Of a stretch of DNA of 64,000 nucleotides, positions 26,601 through 38,600 are shown piece by piece (position 1 is the first letter of the stretch; every line of letters starts with the position of its first letter). The translations under genes and the position numbers were made by a program. Source of the DNA: Aplysia californica (Eukaryota); assembly GCF_000002075.1 (NCBI RefSeq), contig NW_004797355.1, positions 1,166,602-1,230,601 on the forward strand. Reading direction: 5' to 3'. The notes under the pieces are model-generated. The model had not been told where the DNA came from. It saw only the letters and a list, made by a program, of their open reading frames with translations, and made no database searches.

Positions 26601-29600
26601 GTGAAAGTTCTGTGGTTAAACTATCACTTGAAGAGTTACGACATAGTCTGTAGAGGCTTTTCACCGACAGATTTGAACGACACTCAAGTAGCCTCACTGA
26701 CAAATGGCAGCTCTCTTTTACTTATAAATGCCACTCATGTTCTCATGTTATGGAATTGACCAAATGCATAAATTTTTTCTTTGGGGGGGGGGGGGGGGGG
26801 GGGGATTGATTTACATTTTGGATAACTTTGAATGTCCCAAGTAAAGTGTGCTTCCCATTGAAGCTGAATGACTCGCATCATTAGAATCACAGATCAAGCT
26901 ATAATGCATGATAGGTTTACTTTCATGTGTAGCGGGTGCTTTGTTCTAAACATGTTCTCCTCCATGCCAGGTCTTTGTGTTCCTTGGTGTGCAAGTGGAG
27001 CTATCAGGCCGACAACACAGGGAGAACGTCCTGGGATGATGACTTCTTAGGAAAACTTGGTCTAGAGGAGCTGAAAGAGAATTGTTACAGCAAACTGGGT
27101 TAACTGATTTGTTCATTTTTATTGGAAATGTGTTTGATTTTGTTTTGAGATATGAATGTTTTTAGATTTGCTTTGAAAATGAGTTGTGTGTGTAATCTGT
27201 TATCTATTTGTGGTGGCCGAATTTTACTGTTCAAAAGGCTTTTTATTGGCTGCACTAATCGACATGCAGTTTTCGCCAAAAAATTATTTAAAATATTCTC
27301 CAGATCATGGCGCCCTTGGTTTTTTCAGTTTTGAGACAGTTTTGAAGCAAAAAGCTAAATTTCTTCATTTCGCTGATCGCTTTTGTAGGCCGACGCTTCG
27401 TCTCTGCAATTTTAGAAAATCTGGAAGTGATATTTCACGAGGCGCATTTTGTTTTGAGAGTATAGATCTAGACCTTCTAATTTTTTGCATCTCTCAAGAT
27501 TTATTACCCCATTCCAGTAGAGTGTAAATATAGTAGGCCAATGACTGTCAGTTGATGTTAATGCACCGATCATCCCTTTCATCGAAAGGGGGCCCAGCTA
27601 GTGTATACATAAAAGCTGCATGTAAAGGAACTCTTCCTGTGGTGGTGCACCTATATACGTATGTGAAGGTCATCATTATCATTCCCCTTTTTCATCCTGG
27701 TATTGGGTATAGGCTGCTAAGGAGGGCTCTCCACCTGTCTCTATTCTGAGCAATCTTTTCCACCTCCAGCCAACTGTGCCCCCTATGCTTAAAGTCTAGA
27801 TCTATATGTGAAGGTGTTGAGACTCAAAACAGGGGTGGGTTGGTGGGTTTATGTGGCTTATTGACCTGATTTGAGTTGTTTGGAACAAACCAAATAGTGT
27901 CATTACTCCATGATGGTGATAGGATGTCTGCTGGCAAATCTGTGTAATACCCAGTGCCCATTGGGGGATCAACAAACTGATCACCAACCGATTGCCCAAT
28001 TCGCGGCTGGAAAACAAATAGATGCGTTCGTTTTTTAGGCTGCGTGTCGGGCGAATCGGTTAGTGCCACGATGGTTGCTTTGCGCCCTCAATCTGGCTAG
28101 CCCCGCCTACCAAACTGAACCGAACTGAACCGTTCGTGCCAATGGGCACTGGGTATAAGGAAAAACAAGTAGGCAGAAGGGAAGGTGTAGCTGGATAGAC
28201 TGATGGATTAAGAGAGGGAGCTACGGATATAACTGGGGGATGGTTCTGACTTCTTTCCCATTCTGCCCACCCCAAAACACTCCTCTAAGGATGTCTTAGG
28301 TAACATGCATGTTACTGTTGGTTTATGTGGCTCACATACACCTCTCTTCTCAGTGTATCGGGGAGATCTGTTCTCATAGAACTTCAGAAGGAATTCAGTC
28401 TTGACTTTAAAAAATGGTTGAGATAGTGGGTACTTCAGGTTACCTATGGCCTTGCAAAGTGAAATGTGCTCTGTATGCTTAGTAAAGTATCAAGATTTTT
28501 TATTGTATATTAACGTATATATGTGAGGCATCATGGGGAAATCAGGTGCTCGTCAAAATAATGAAATTAAAGAAATCGGCATTTTTCGTCGGTTTGGCAA
28601 TTTTTATCAAATTTTTTATTTTTGGCTCAGCACCTTTTAAAACCATTCAAAAACACAGGTCTGTGCGGATTTTACGGAAAAACGTTAATTAAAGGCCAAA
28701 AAAAAAAATCAGTTTTCAGTTTCCAATGTCTCTCAAACTTTGGAAATTACCAAACTTTGGCGGCCATTTTCTTGTTAATTTGACTTCTGAAACTGATTCT
28801 GTGTAATCAACAGGAGATGGCGGCGGGTTCCCACAGTGATATCTGCCTTCTCAAATTCTGCTGGGACATAATCCATGGCCAGATCAAACTCTAGATCAGT
28901 GGGATGTTTTGGGCGTCCTTGCTGGCAACCAAGCACTCGGCGATGGTGTAAGCTGACTGGAAGGGGTTGGCGAGAGTCTCCTCTTTGACGTCACGAACAA
29001 CCTTGGCCTTTGTTGCTGTCCCTGTGCCTGTAGCATGGGCTTGCTCGTGGATGCCCCTTCCTGACGGACCATTGCCTGGCACGTAAAGTCGTTCCCCCGC
29101 CGCGGGCATCTCCACTGTGTCACTCCGCGTCTTTCTCGGTGAATCCCATAAGCGTAGCCGTCCGAGTCGACCAGCAGTGGACGCCCACGTACAGTGGCCT
29201 AATGAATAACCTCAAAAGTCAATTCCAGAGGGACCATAGCCCCTGCCTGCACCGGCTAGCCAAGCAGCGATGGCTCCTTCTCCTCCTCTGGAACAACAAA
29301 ACTTGATTCCTTGGCAGCTGCTGGTGATGGTGAGGGGGTGGTGTCTGGGGGGAAGCTGAGATAAATAAACAGGCTTTATGATGGTACCAAAAACTTCATT
29401 TACCCCAAAATTGACGAGTGCTTGATTCCACCGCCTCATGACACATGCCATATATACATTTTACTTCAGGGCTTTGTGCTTTATAAACTGAAATTTATCT
29501 ACATCATCAGTCTGGTAATAACATAACTTAATCTACAACCTGTATCCTTATTGTGTCTGTTGTGTTGGATCCAGGGCAAGTTGTCTTAGCAGCAGGCTGT

Positions 29601-32600
29601 CCATGTGGCCAGGGCCTCTCTCAGACTGCAGCTGATGAACTCGGCCTCAGAGTGGGCATACCAGTTGGGACATCACTCATTGATGCTCATGCCGGAGCTC
29701 TCGGTAAAAATTGTGTTGAATAATTGTTGTACAGTAGCATATTTTATTGTCCCATCAGTGTAGAACTATATGTCTGACGAGGTAGTAGTCTCTTATATAT
29801 GTGACTGATATATGATTGAAGAATGGTTTTGGGTTCGTTAGCCTTGGGGTGGGGCACTCTCCTCTGATACTGATAGAGCAGGAGAAGGAATTTACAAAAT
29901 TCCAGATTTGTGCAGGATTTGAAGATAAATAAGTTGGGATGCTTGTCTTGTTTGCTACAAACCTGGCCCCAGGGTAGATATAGTCAAGCGCTTGAAATGA
30001 AAGTAAATGCAGTCAAACATGACCACCACCGAATGTCGAGGGAATAATGGTCATCTTAAACAGGTGTTTCTCTTGGACAGTGTCCTTATAATATAGAAAA
30101 ACTGTGAGGGGGAAATAGGAAATGGTTGTTTACACAAGTGATTGCACTGGACGAATAGTCGTTTGAGCAGGTTTCACTGTATTGCAGAAGGGACAAGGAG
30201 AATTCAAACCCTTTTATAAATTAAGACTTGGCTCTTAAAATTTTGCAGCATAGTCAACTACAAGTTCAGACTGATGAACAAATATCATATTTTTACTCAT
30301 TATTAAGTTAATAACTGTTTCCTATGCTCGTGTCATCATTCTCAGCATGTGTCAGTTGCTCTTCAAGCAAAAGTCAACTTCCGGACTTGGACCAGCGTTT
30401 GGTTGTGATTGCTGGAACTTCTACATGTCACATTATTGTGAGCATCTTCGTGTGCTTCTTTTTTTAGTTCTTCACTTCTCGTGTTTTCTATTATGAAATA
30501 TAGGCCTATATATAGAATTGTTCTATTTCTCTGAAATCCTCAGTCTGAAAAAATTCAGTATGTTGTAGATGATTGGAGGGTGTGTAGAATCAACCTAATT
30601 TGTGTTGATGGGGACATGAAGCATAAACTATCAGTCAGCGCATCTGGAAGAGATTTGCTCTAATACTAGTTGTCTTTATTGTACAGTTATACAATGTAAA
30701 AAGAAAGATAAAGGAAGGCCAAAATAATTTTTAAAATAGACTTTTGTTGGCTGCCTTGTGGTAATTTGAATGTTGCCCTTTTTATTTCTACATCTCAGTT
30801 TCTATTCCCTCCTGTTAAGTTGAAAGTTTCCAGAATTTTTCTGATTTTTCTTTTTTCATTAGGTGGAGGCTGATTATCTAGACTTGAACTTACTTGCCCT
30901 GTGCAGGCAATGGTCAACCGTTAACTCAAGGTCTTTTTAAAAATTCTTTTCTTGAGGGTTTTTTTCCATCTGCCATGTCTTACTTTAGGTAGAATGGAGT
31001 GCCTTGTCTTCCCAGATAAAAAAGAAAAACTCCAGGCCTCATTGTCATGTGCTCACTTCACAACTTAGACACATTTGTTTAGTTGAGAGCTGACAAAGAG
31101 CACACCTGTGCTGGCCAAATGCCTCGATAAAATCCTGAAGTATTTTCTACCTAAAACTAGTAAAATTGAAGTCAGTATGAATAAGTAGGAGCACTTTAAA
31201 AACACTACACTAAATTGAGCAGGCTAATAGCCAAATGGCACTACATTCTAGAAAGGAAAAAAGGTCGTTTACCTAAACGTCAGTTGCACTGAAGATCCTA
31301 AAGGCAATAACCCTTCAAATCTAACAGAGGAAAGCAGAAATGAAATAACAGAAAAAAAACCCAGTTTTGTTTTTACCTGCCTTACTTGTATGAAACAGCT
31401 TGAATTTCATCTCAGTTTTCTCTGTGTCACATCTCAATCTCAGTTTTCTATATATGTCACTTCTCAATCTCAGTTTCTCTGTGTCTCATCTCAATCTCAG
31501 TCTTCTCTGTGTCTCATCTCGTTTTCTCTGTGTCACATCTCAATCTCAGTTTCTCTGTGTCTCATCTCAGTTTCTCAGTGTCTCATCTCAATCTCAGTCT
31601 TCTCTGTGTCACCTCTCAATCTCAGTCTTCTCTGTGTCTCATCTCAATCTCAGTTTCTCTGTGTCACCTCTCACAATCTCAGTCTTCTCTGTGCCACATC
31701 TCAATCTCAGTCTTCTCTGTGTCTCATCTCAGTGCAGCTCCTGCCGTGTGTCTGTGCCAGGAGTCTGGGGCCCGTACTTCTCGGCCATGGTGCCTGGTAT
31801 GTGGGTCAACGAAGGAGGGCAGAGTGCCACCGGCAAGCTTGTGAGTCAACTTGTCTTTCGTGATTCTTGTTTCTTCTTTTTGAAACTTTTACTGACAGTG
31901 TCTTGTGTCTATGGGTGAGTGCAAAGAATTATATCCACTGTGGATAGTAATGGTTGTCCTTTTTATGAATTGTCTTGTTTCTCATATAATTTGGCATAGA
32001 AATTGAAGCTATTTTAAAAGTTTGTTGTCCAAAGGCATAACACTGTGAGTAGGCTCTGCTGTTCCATCTGTTTGTGTGTTTCTAGTTGTTCTCATGTTTT
32101 GGGCAGGGTTTTTTTTTTGTACACAAATTTTGTCTTATTTAAATATATGTATATATTAAAAGTAGCTCAAGTTGTTGCTTTTGTTATTTCTGTGGAAAAA
32201 GACTTGCAAAACGTTGATTTGAGTGTGTGGCAATGTATTCGTGAGAGAGATAAGTTGACAGAGAGAGAGAACTTGAATAGAATGTTAGAGAATAAGATGC
32301 AAGCACAAATCTGCTCCAAGATCGTGTGCTCATGTTCCCTCTATATTTGCATGTGTTCGTCTATACTTTGTACTTTGTTTCACTGTTACAATGGTGTTTA
32401 TATTTCTGGCTGTTCTGTAATTGACGGTGTGGTCATAAAGTGTTGATACATGTGGACTGCTCTGTCTCATATGAATTGCTTTTTCAGATTGACTTTGTAG
32501 TTGAAGGCCATCCTGCTTATAACACGGTCAGATCAAAAGCTGAACAAAAGTAGGTGTGCCTTTCTTAACAAAAACAGTTTAATTCAGTTTGTGATTTTTG

Positions 32601-35600
32601 TAGCAAAATTGTAACCTTCTCTTTTTGTTATATAATATAAACATACGTTCTGAGTTTTGTGACAATAAATATTCTTTGCCCTGTTTGTGTGCGAGGTTGA
32701 GTTTAGGTTAGATACATTTTTTTACATTTTTAGAGGTCTGTTTTTAAAAAATGGTTTTGAAATTTAAAAAATGGATAGTCTTTGTCTATTTTTTTGTTCC
32801 TTCTTCTTTGTAGTCACTGTTGCACAGTTTAATATCCACATGCTCATTTGGCTAATCTGACTTCTTGCATTTTGACTTTTTCATTCATGAACCTATTGAG
32901 TGGATATTGACTTCAACTGTGTCAAACTAAAATATTTTTTCCTGGCTCAGTTACAGTTTCCTTTAAGTCCAGTAACATAGTGAACAAGTTTGCGTTATGT
33001 CTTCAGAAGAATAGTTTGTACTAGAAGTAAGCTAAGATCAACAGGCTTTCATTTTTCTTACTCAACCAGAGGCATGCACGTGTCCGACTATCTGAATGAC
33101 CTGCTTGCTCAACTGGTTGTCAAACGGGGCTGTCCTAGCATTGCTCAACTGACCCAAGATATCCATATGTGGCCGGATTTTCATGGGAATCGCTCACCTG
33201 TGGCTGATCCTAAGCTCAGGGGAATGGTATGTTAAAATGGCGAGGTGTGGATGCAATGGGTTTTTTTCTGAGCCGTATTTTTATTTAGTTTGTAGAAAAC
33301 TGGTACAGTCGACTATGGATGAGTTGATGTCGTCGCGGGAGTAAAAAAGGATAAACTCATCCGAAGTTCAACTTAACCATTGGGACGTGTAAAGAAGAAA
33401 AGGTGCTGGGATCCGAGAAAAAGATCAACTTAACCGAAGATCAATTCGAGCGAGTTAACACAGGCCGAGTCGACTGCAATAGTTTTTATGGATACATGTA
33501 TATTTATTTTGTAGTTGTAGAACATTTGTGGTTTATGGAATATTTTTTGTACCACGATGCGTGTTTCAGTTTCATGGTACAACACTTTCATTTTTACTCC
33601 CCTTTTTTTTTTACTCCGCTCCTGTCGAGCAGTCAACAGGATGGGCTCACCTGAATGTTGTTAATGTTACTACTGTTCTTGGTTTTAATGTTCCCAAAAA
33701 TGAGTGATATTATGTCACGGTATGTTTAAAGAATGACCTAAGGGGTTCTGATAAGGTTCTCTGTAGCATCCAGTGGGTTGAATGCTCGACTTAAGACTTG
33801 CTGTGGTGTGGCCTAAACATTTTTCTTATTTGATAAACGACTTTACTCCAAGCAGTTATTTATTATCAATGTTGAAAGAGGGATGTGGACTGGGTGGTGT
33901 GATTGTTTTATGATGTTGTTGTTGTTTCGGATGTTGCTGGTTGTGTTGATGTGCCATCTTGAGAGGCAGTGATGTTACCAACTGAAGGTTTTCAGTAACG
34001 GTGACCAATCTTTCTGTCTTCAGATGAGTGGTCTGAGTCTGTCGGCCAACGATGAGGATCTGGCTCTGCTGTACCTGGCAACTGTGCAAGCGTTGGCAGT
34101 GAGTGCGCAGATACGTAAAATAATATGTATGTTAGTAATTGTTAGGCATCGTGGTGAAATCAGGCGCTCGTTAAAATAATTAAATCAAAGAAAATGGTAT
34201 TTTCCCGCAGATTTGGCAGTGTTTACTGAATTTTTGTCTTTTGGTTTAACACCTTTTATTTTCGTTTAAAAACACATGTCTAGTAGTATAAGGTTTTACG
34301 GCGCTCGCAACTGCTAAGGTCATATGAGCGCGCGAACAAGCACATGTCTGTGTGGATTTTCTGATAAACGTTGATAAAGGCACAAAAAAATGAAAATTTG
34401 CCGTTTCCAAGGACTATCAAGGTATGGAAGTAACCACACTTGAGCTTGTGATATCTTGATTTCTTTTCAAGATAGATGAGTATTTTTTTCCATTAAAAGC
34501 AAGACAATTGAACAAACTTTAAGATGATACCAGCGTTGTGACACACTTTAAAAAAATTCTGTCAGAAAGTCTTAATTCATTCAGGATGTAATTTTTTGGG
34601 GCAGTTGAAACCATTTGGACTTAATTAATTTGTAATCCCACACTTAATTTTGAGGATATGAAAATAAAACGGCTTTATAGATGGTGTGGTAAACAATGTA
34701 GTGGCAGTCTTATATAATTGAAAAGGCAATTGTATGTTGATGTTCTCTGATATTGCAAAAGCAATAGAATGGAAATAATGGAACACACTTTGGACACCTC
34801 ATTCAAATTGCGGATGTGTCCGCGATACATCCTGATGTGTTCCTCGGAATTTACTGATATATTGGTGATACATCTGAGAAGAGTTAATAAAAATTGTATT
34901 TGCTTCTTGTAGTTTGACTGAAAATTTGAAATATGGTAAATACTCTGTGTGAGTCTAGTCGTCTGATAAACTACTGTAATGCTAAAACCCCCACAAATTC
35001 TTTTCAGTACGGTACTCGTCATATCATCTCAGAGATGGAGAGGAGTGGCCACACAGTGTCCGTGGTGTACATGTGTGGAGGACTGAGGAAGAACAAGCTG
35101 TATGTGCAAACTCATACGGATATCTTAGGTGAGAGAATCACTGTGGTGGACCAAGTGTCAGAGTGGATTTTTCTGTTGTTTAGGCTGCGCGTCCACCAAA
35201 ATAAGATCACCTCCAGGCGAGGCTAATGCACAAAGTTTTTGCATGGTGTAGAACCGACTCAAAAAGATCCGCGTCCACCGACGTCAGACCAGCTAAACCT
35301 ATTTGTAGCCCAGTGTGTTATGATTATGAGAACAACAGACAGCATAGGCTATTTATTTATTTACCTCTTTAAAAAACTAAAAAGCAACAAATTATAATGA
35401 TGGGAATAATTGTTGGTAAGTTGGGAGGATGAGAAGAGAAAAAGAAAAAAAAAAAAAAAGCTGGGACTGGGATTCGAACCCACGCTCACAAAATAACGTT
35501 TGCGTTCAAACGCAGACACACTGTTCACTCGGCCATCAGAACTTTCATCAGAGAGGTGTAGATTAAGCTTCATATTTACAGCACTGTTTCAGGAAAGGCA

Positions 35601-38600
35601 AAGCGACATAATAAATCGAGATGTAGATCTTGAATCTAGGCCTAGATCTAGTGGACTGGCAGATAAGGTCTGGAGAAAACTAAAAATTGGCGGAAAATTG
35701 GAAGCACTAAACAGAGAACGTAGAATCTAGATCTAGACACGTCCTTGGCTAGGTCTAACATGGCCCATTTTTAGCTCTCCCGAGAACGAAATAATCTAAT
35801 CTAGATCTAGGTCAAGTGCTTTAATTTAATTTTTTTTCAGTTTTTCATCACAGATCTGCTATTGTACAACATATTATAATGAGATACAACTTTATTGATC
35901 ATGTAAAGTGCAATGAAGAAGCAAAAGTGTACTTAAAGATGCAAATTTCCTTAAAAAATGAGTCGAATCGAGGCTTTTTTAGTCCCCTGTACGACTGACG
36001 AAAAAGCGTGCATGCAGGAAAATCGCGTAGTCAGGCAAAGGCAGTCAATGACTGACAAAAACAAGCTCATTTGTATGTGAGCTTGGCCTGCAAGTGACGA
36101 AAAAGCGCAGTGGACGCGGGGCCTTAAGTCGAATTTGCTCTATTTGAAGAAACAATTGCCCAAAATTAATGCTCTTTTCAGAATAAAGAAAAAAAGAAAG
36201 CAAAATTTAGAAGTGTAAGGGTTTAACACCTCTTTCTACACAATTAGGTGATGTAAGTGGAGGGACCTCCAAGTGTCCATCTCTGATAAGACTGAGCTGT
36301 TCAGAGCCATGTACACTTCACAAAACAACTCTAGTTCAAGAAAGCCCTGTTGGAATTTAAACCTAGGCCGTCCTCACCATAGTCCTGTCCCCGTGGTTTT
36401 ATGCACCCCGCATAATTTAGCCAAATTTGATCATTTTTTGCATAATTTCTAATTATTTTCCTTTATCATTCTTTGTTCAAATTAACAGAATCGCATAATT
36501 TCACATTTTTGGGCTCAGTTTGCATAATTTCAGAATTTTTCTTGCATAAAACAACGGGGACAGCCATAGTCCAGCATGATATCAAATCAACTGAGTTAAC
36601 CACATGCCCCTTCTCAGAGTAGACGGAGTGGAGAACAGTACACAAAGGAAGGGCAAGATAAGATCTTCTGAGTAGAAGCGTTGGAGACCAATAGACATGC
36701 TGAAACTTCTAAAGTGAAGGGACGGGTTGGGATTGCAGTCCATCTCAACTATAGACTGAGACCACTGTTTTATCAACAGAATGAACCCTTTGATGGAGAT
36801 ACTGGCTGTAACCAGCATTCCAAGCGAGAGACTATATTAGATAGCCTCTATTCGCGTTACAACTACCTTGAAGCTGAGCCAGGGCCTTTACCCTTTCTGA
36901 TCTAAATCTAAGTACACGATCTCCTCCTCACAGTGACAGTCTTGCGGAGCCATTTATAACATACCGTGTTATATGATGAGTAAAGATTCAGCTTATCAAG
37001 TCACTTTAGGACTGATTTGTGTGTCACAGTTTAAGACTTGCATAGTGTATAAAGAATTTCCAGTACTTTGTCATTAAATGGAAACTTTATTTAACAAATG
37101 AGTGTTTTATATGATGTGATGTGGGCCAATAGCCTCAAACACTGAATAAATTTACCTACTATAAAGAATTCTTTTACTTTTAGAATTGAAGTATCACAGC
37201 CTATTTGATTACAAGTTTCTCTATTGCACTGTCTCACCTTGATACAGTGGAATCCACTTATAATGAGTCCTGAAATAACGAGAAGTCTGTTATAAAGACA
37301 CTTTTCTAGAACCCCGTTTTCTCCCCTTCTTTATCTTTGTAAATAAAATACTGCTATAACGCAATCAGACAAACACGCGAGTCTGGTCTGTTATAGTGGA
37401 ATATAGCTGCTACTGTGCACAGAGCATAGGCCATTTATTCATGTAAAACCTCCCCAGTTGAGATACTTCTTGGCTATCTTGCGAAACAAAGAATGGGAGA
37501 GCTCACGTGTGCCAACAATGAAGGCCGGATTGAATGAGTGAGGAGACTGTGTTATGCACTGACAAGCAGAATGCATCGTGTGATAGGCCAGCCTAGTCTA
37601 GATTATCTGGGCCTACCATGCCTCTCACTTCTCCGATGCGGGGATGAAGAGGTCATAGTGCTGTTCTGTGATGGACAGAGCGTATGTGTGACGTGGACAG
37701 GGTGTGGTTTGTTCCCATTGTGCGCAAGCATACGGAATGCTTCACAGGGTGTGGTGGGGTGGGGGACAACACAGCGGGCGAGTTACCATAGAGAACTTTC
37801 TTTTTGATCACCCACGCCGAGCTGTCATTACTGTCAACATCGCTAGCGCAAGAGAAAGAAACCTGATTCAACTTTTTATCAAGTAAGTCTTTAAGGTCAT
37901 GTTGAACCAAATCATCATCAGGGGAGATTACAAAAAGAGATAAACCAAAAACTAGACTCATACATTAGGCCTACTTTACTATTTCCCTTGAATTTGTTAC
38001 TGGATCCCTTATAACGAGAATCTTGCTATAACGGACATTTGGCACCGGTCCCCTCCCTCTCGTTATAACAGGATTCCACTGTAATAATATTATTAATATT
38101 CCCCTCCTCAGGTGTTCCTGTTGTCCTTCCAGACAGCGAGGAATCCGTGTTACTCGGTGCTGCTATGCTGGGGGCATGTGCCTCCGGAGATTTCCCCAAT
38201 ATACAGGTGGGTCATTGTTTGGTTGTTTGTAGATGTTTTACGCCCTCATCCCAGACCCAGCTGGTGAGCAGCAGTCACAGTGAGCAGTAAAGCGCACGAG
38301 GCTTCACAAGTAAGAAATGTTGTATCCAAGAGAGAAGCCTGCAGGCTGCGCACATCCATAAGTGGAAGTGGGTGTAGCTTTTAAATTTTCAAAATGTGGC
38401 AAACTTTTTTTTTGCCACGGTTGGTCTCATCGGCCACAGCAGAAGCCACAAGTCACCTTATCCTTTAATTTTTCTAACTATTCTAATGAGCAGGAGAAAT
38501 ATTCTCCTCTGTGGATATATTGTTCATCGTCAGAATTGATGGACGAGCTATTATTATTACGCCCTCATCCACACTATTTTTATTATTTAGGGCAACATAC

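Noticed and set aside
31390-31918. ORFs in three frames rich in Ser/Cys/Leu
   Set aside because: They arise from the stop-free minisatellite; only 31733-31840 is supported as coding.
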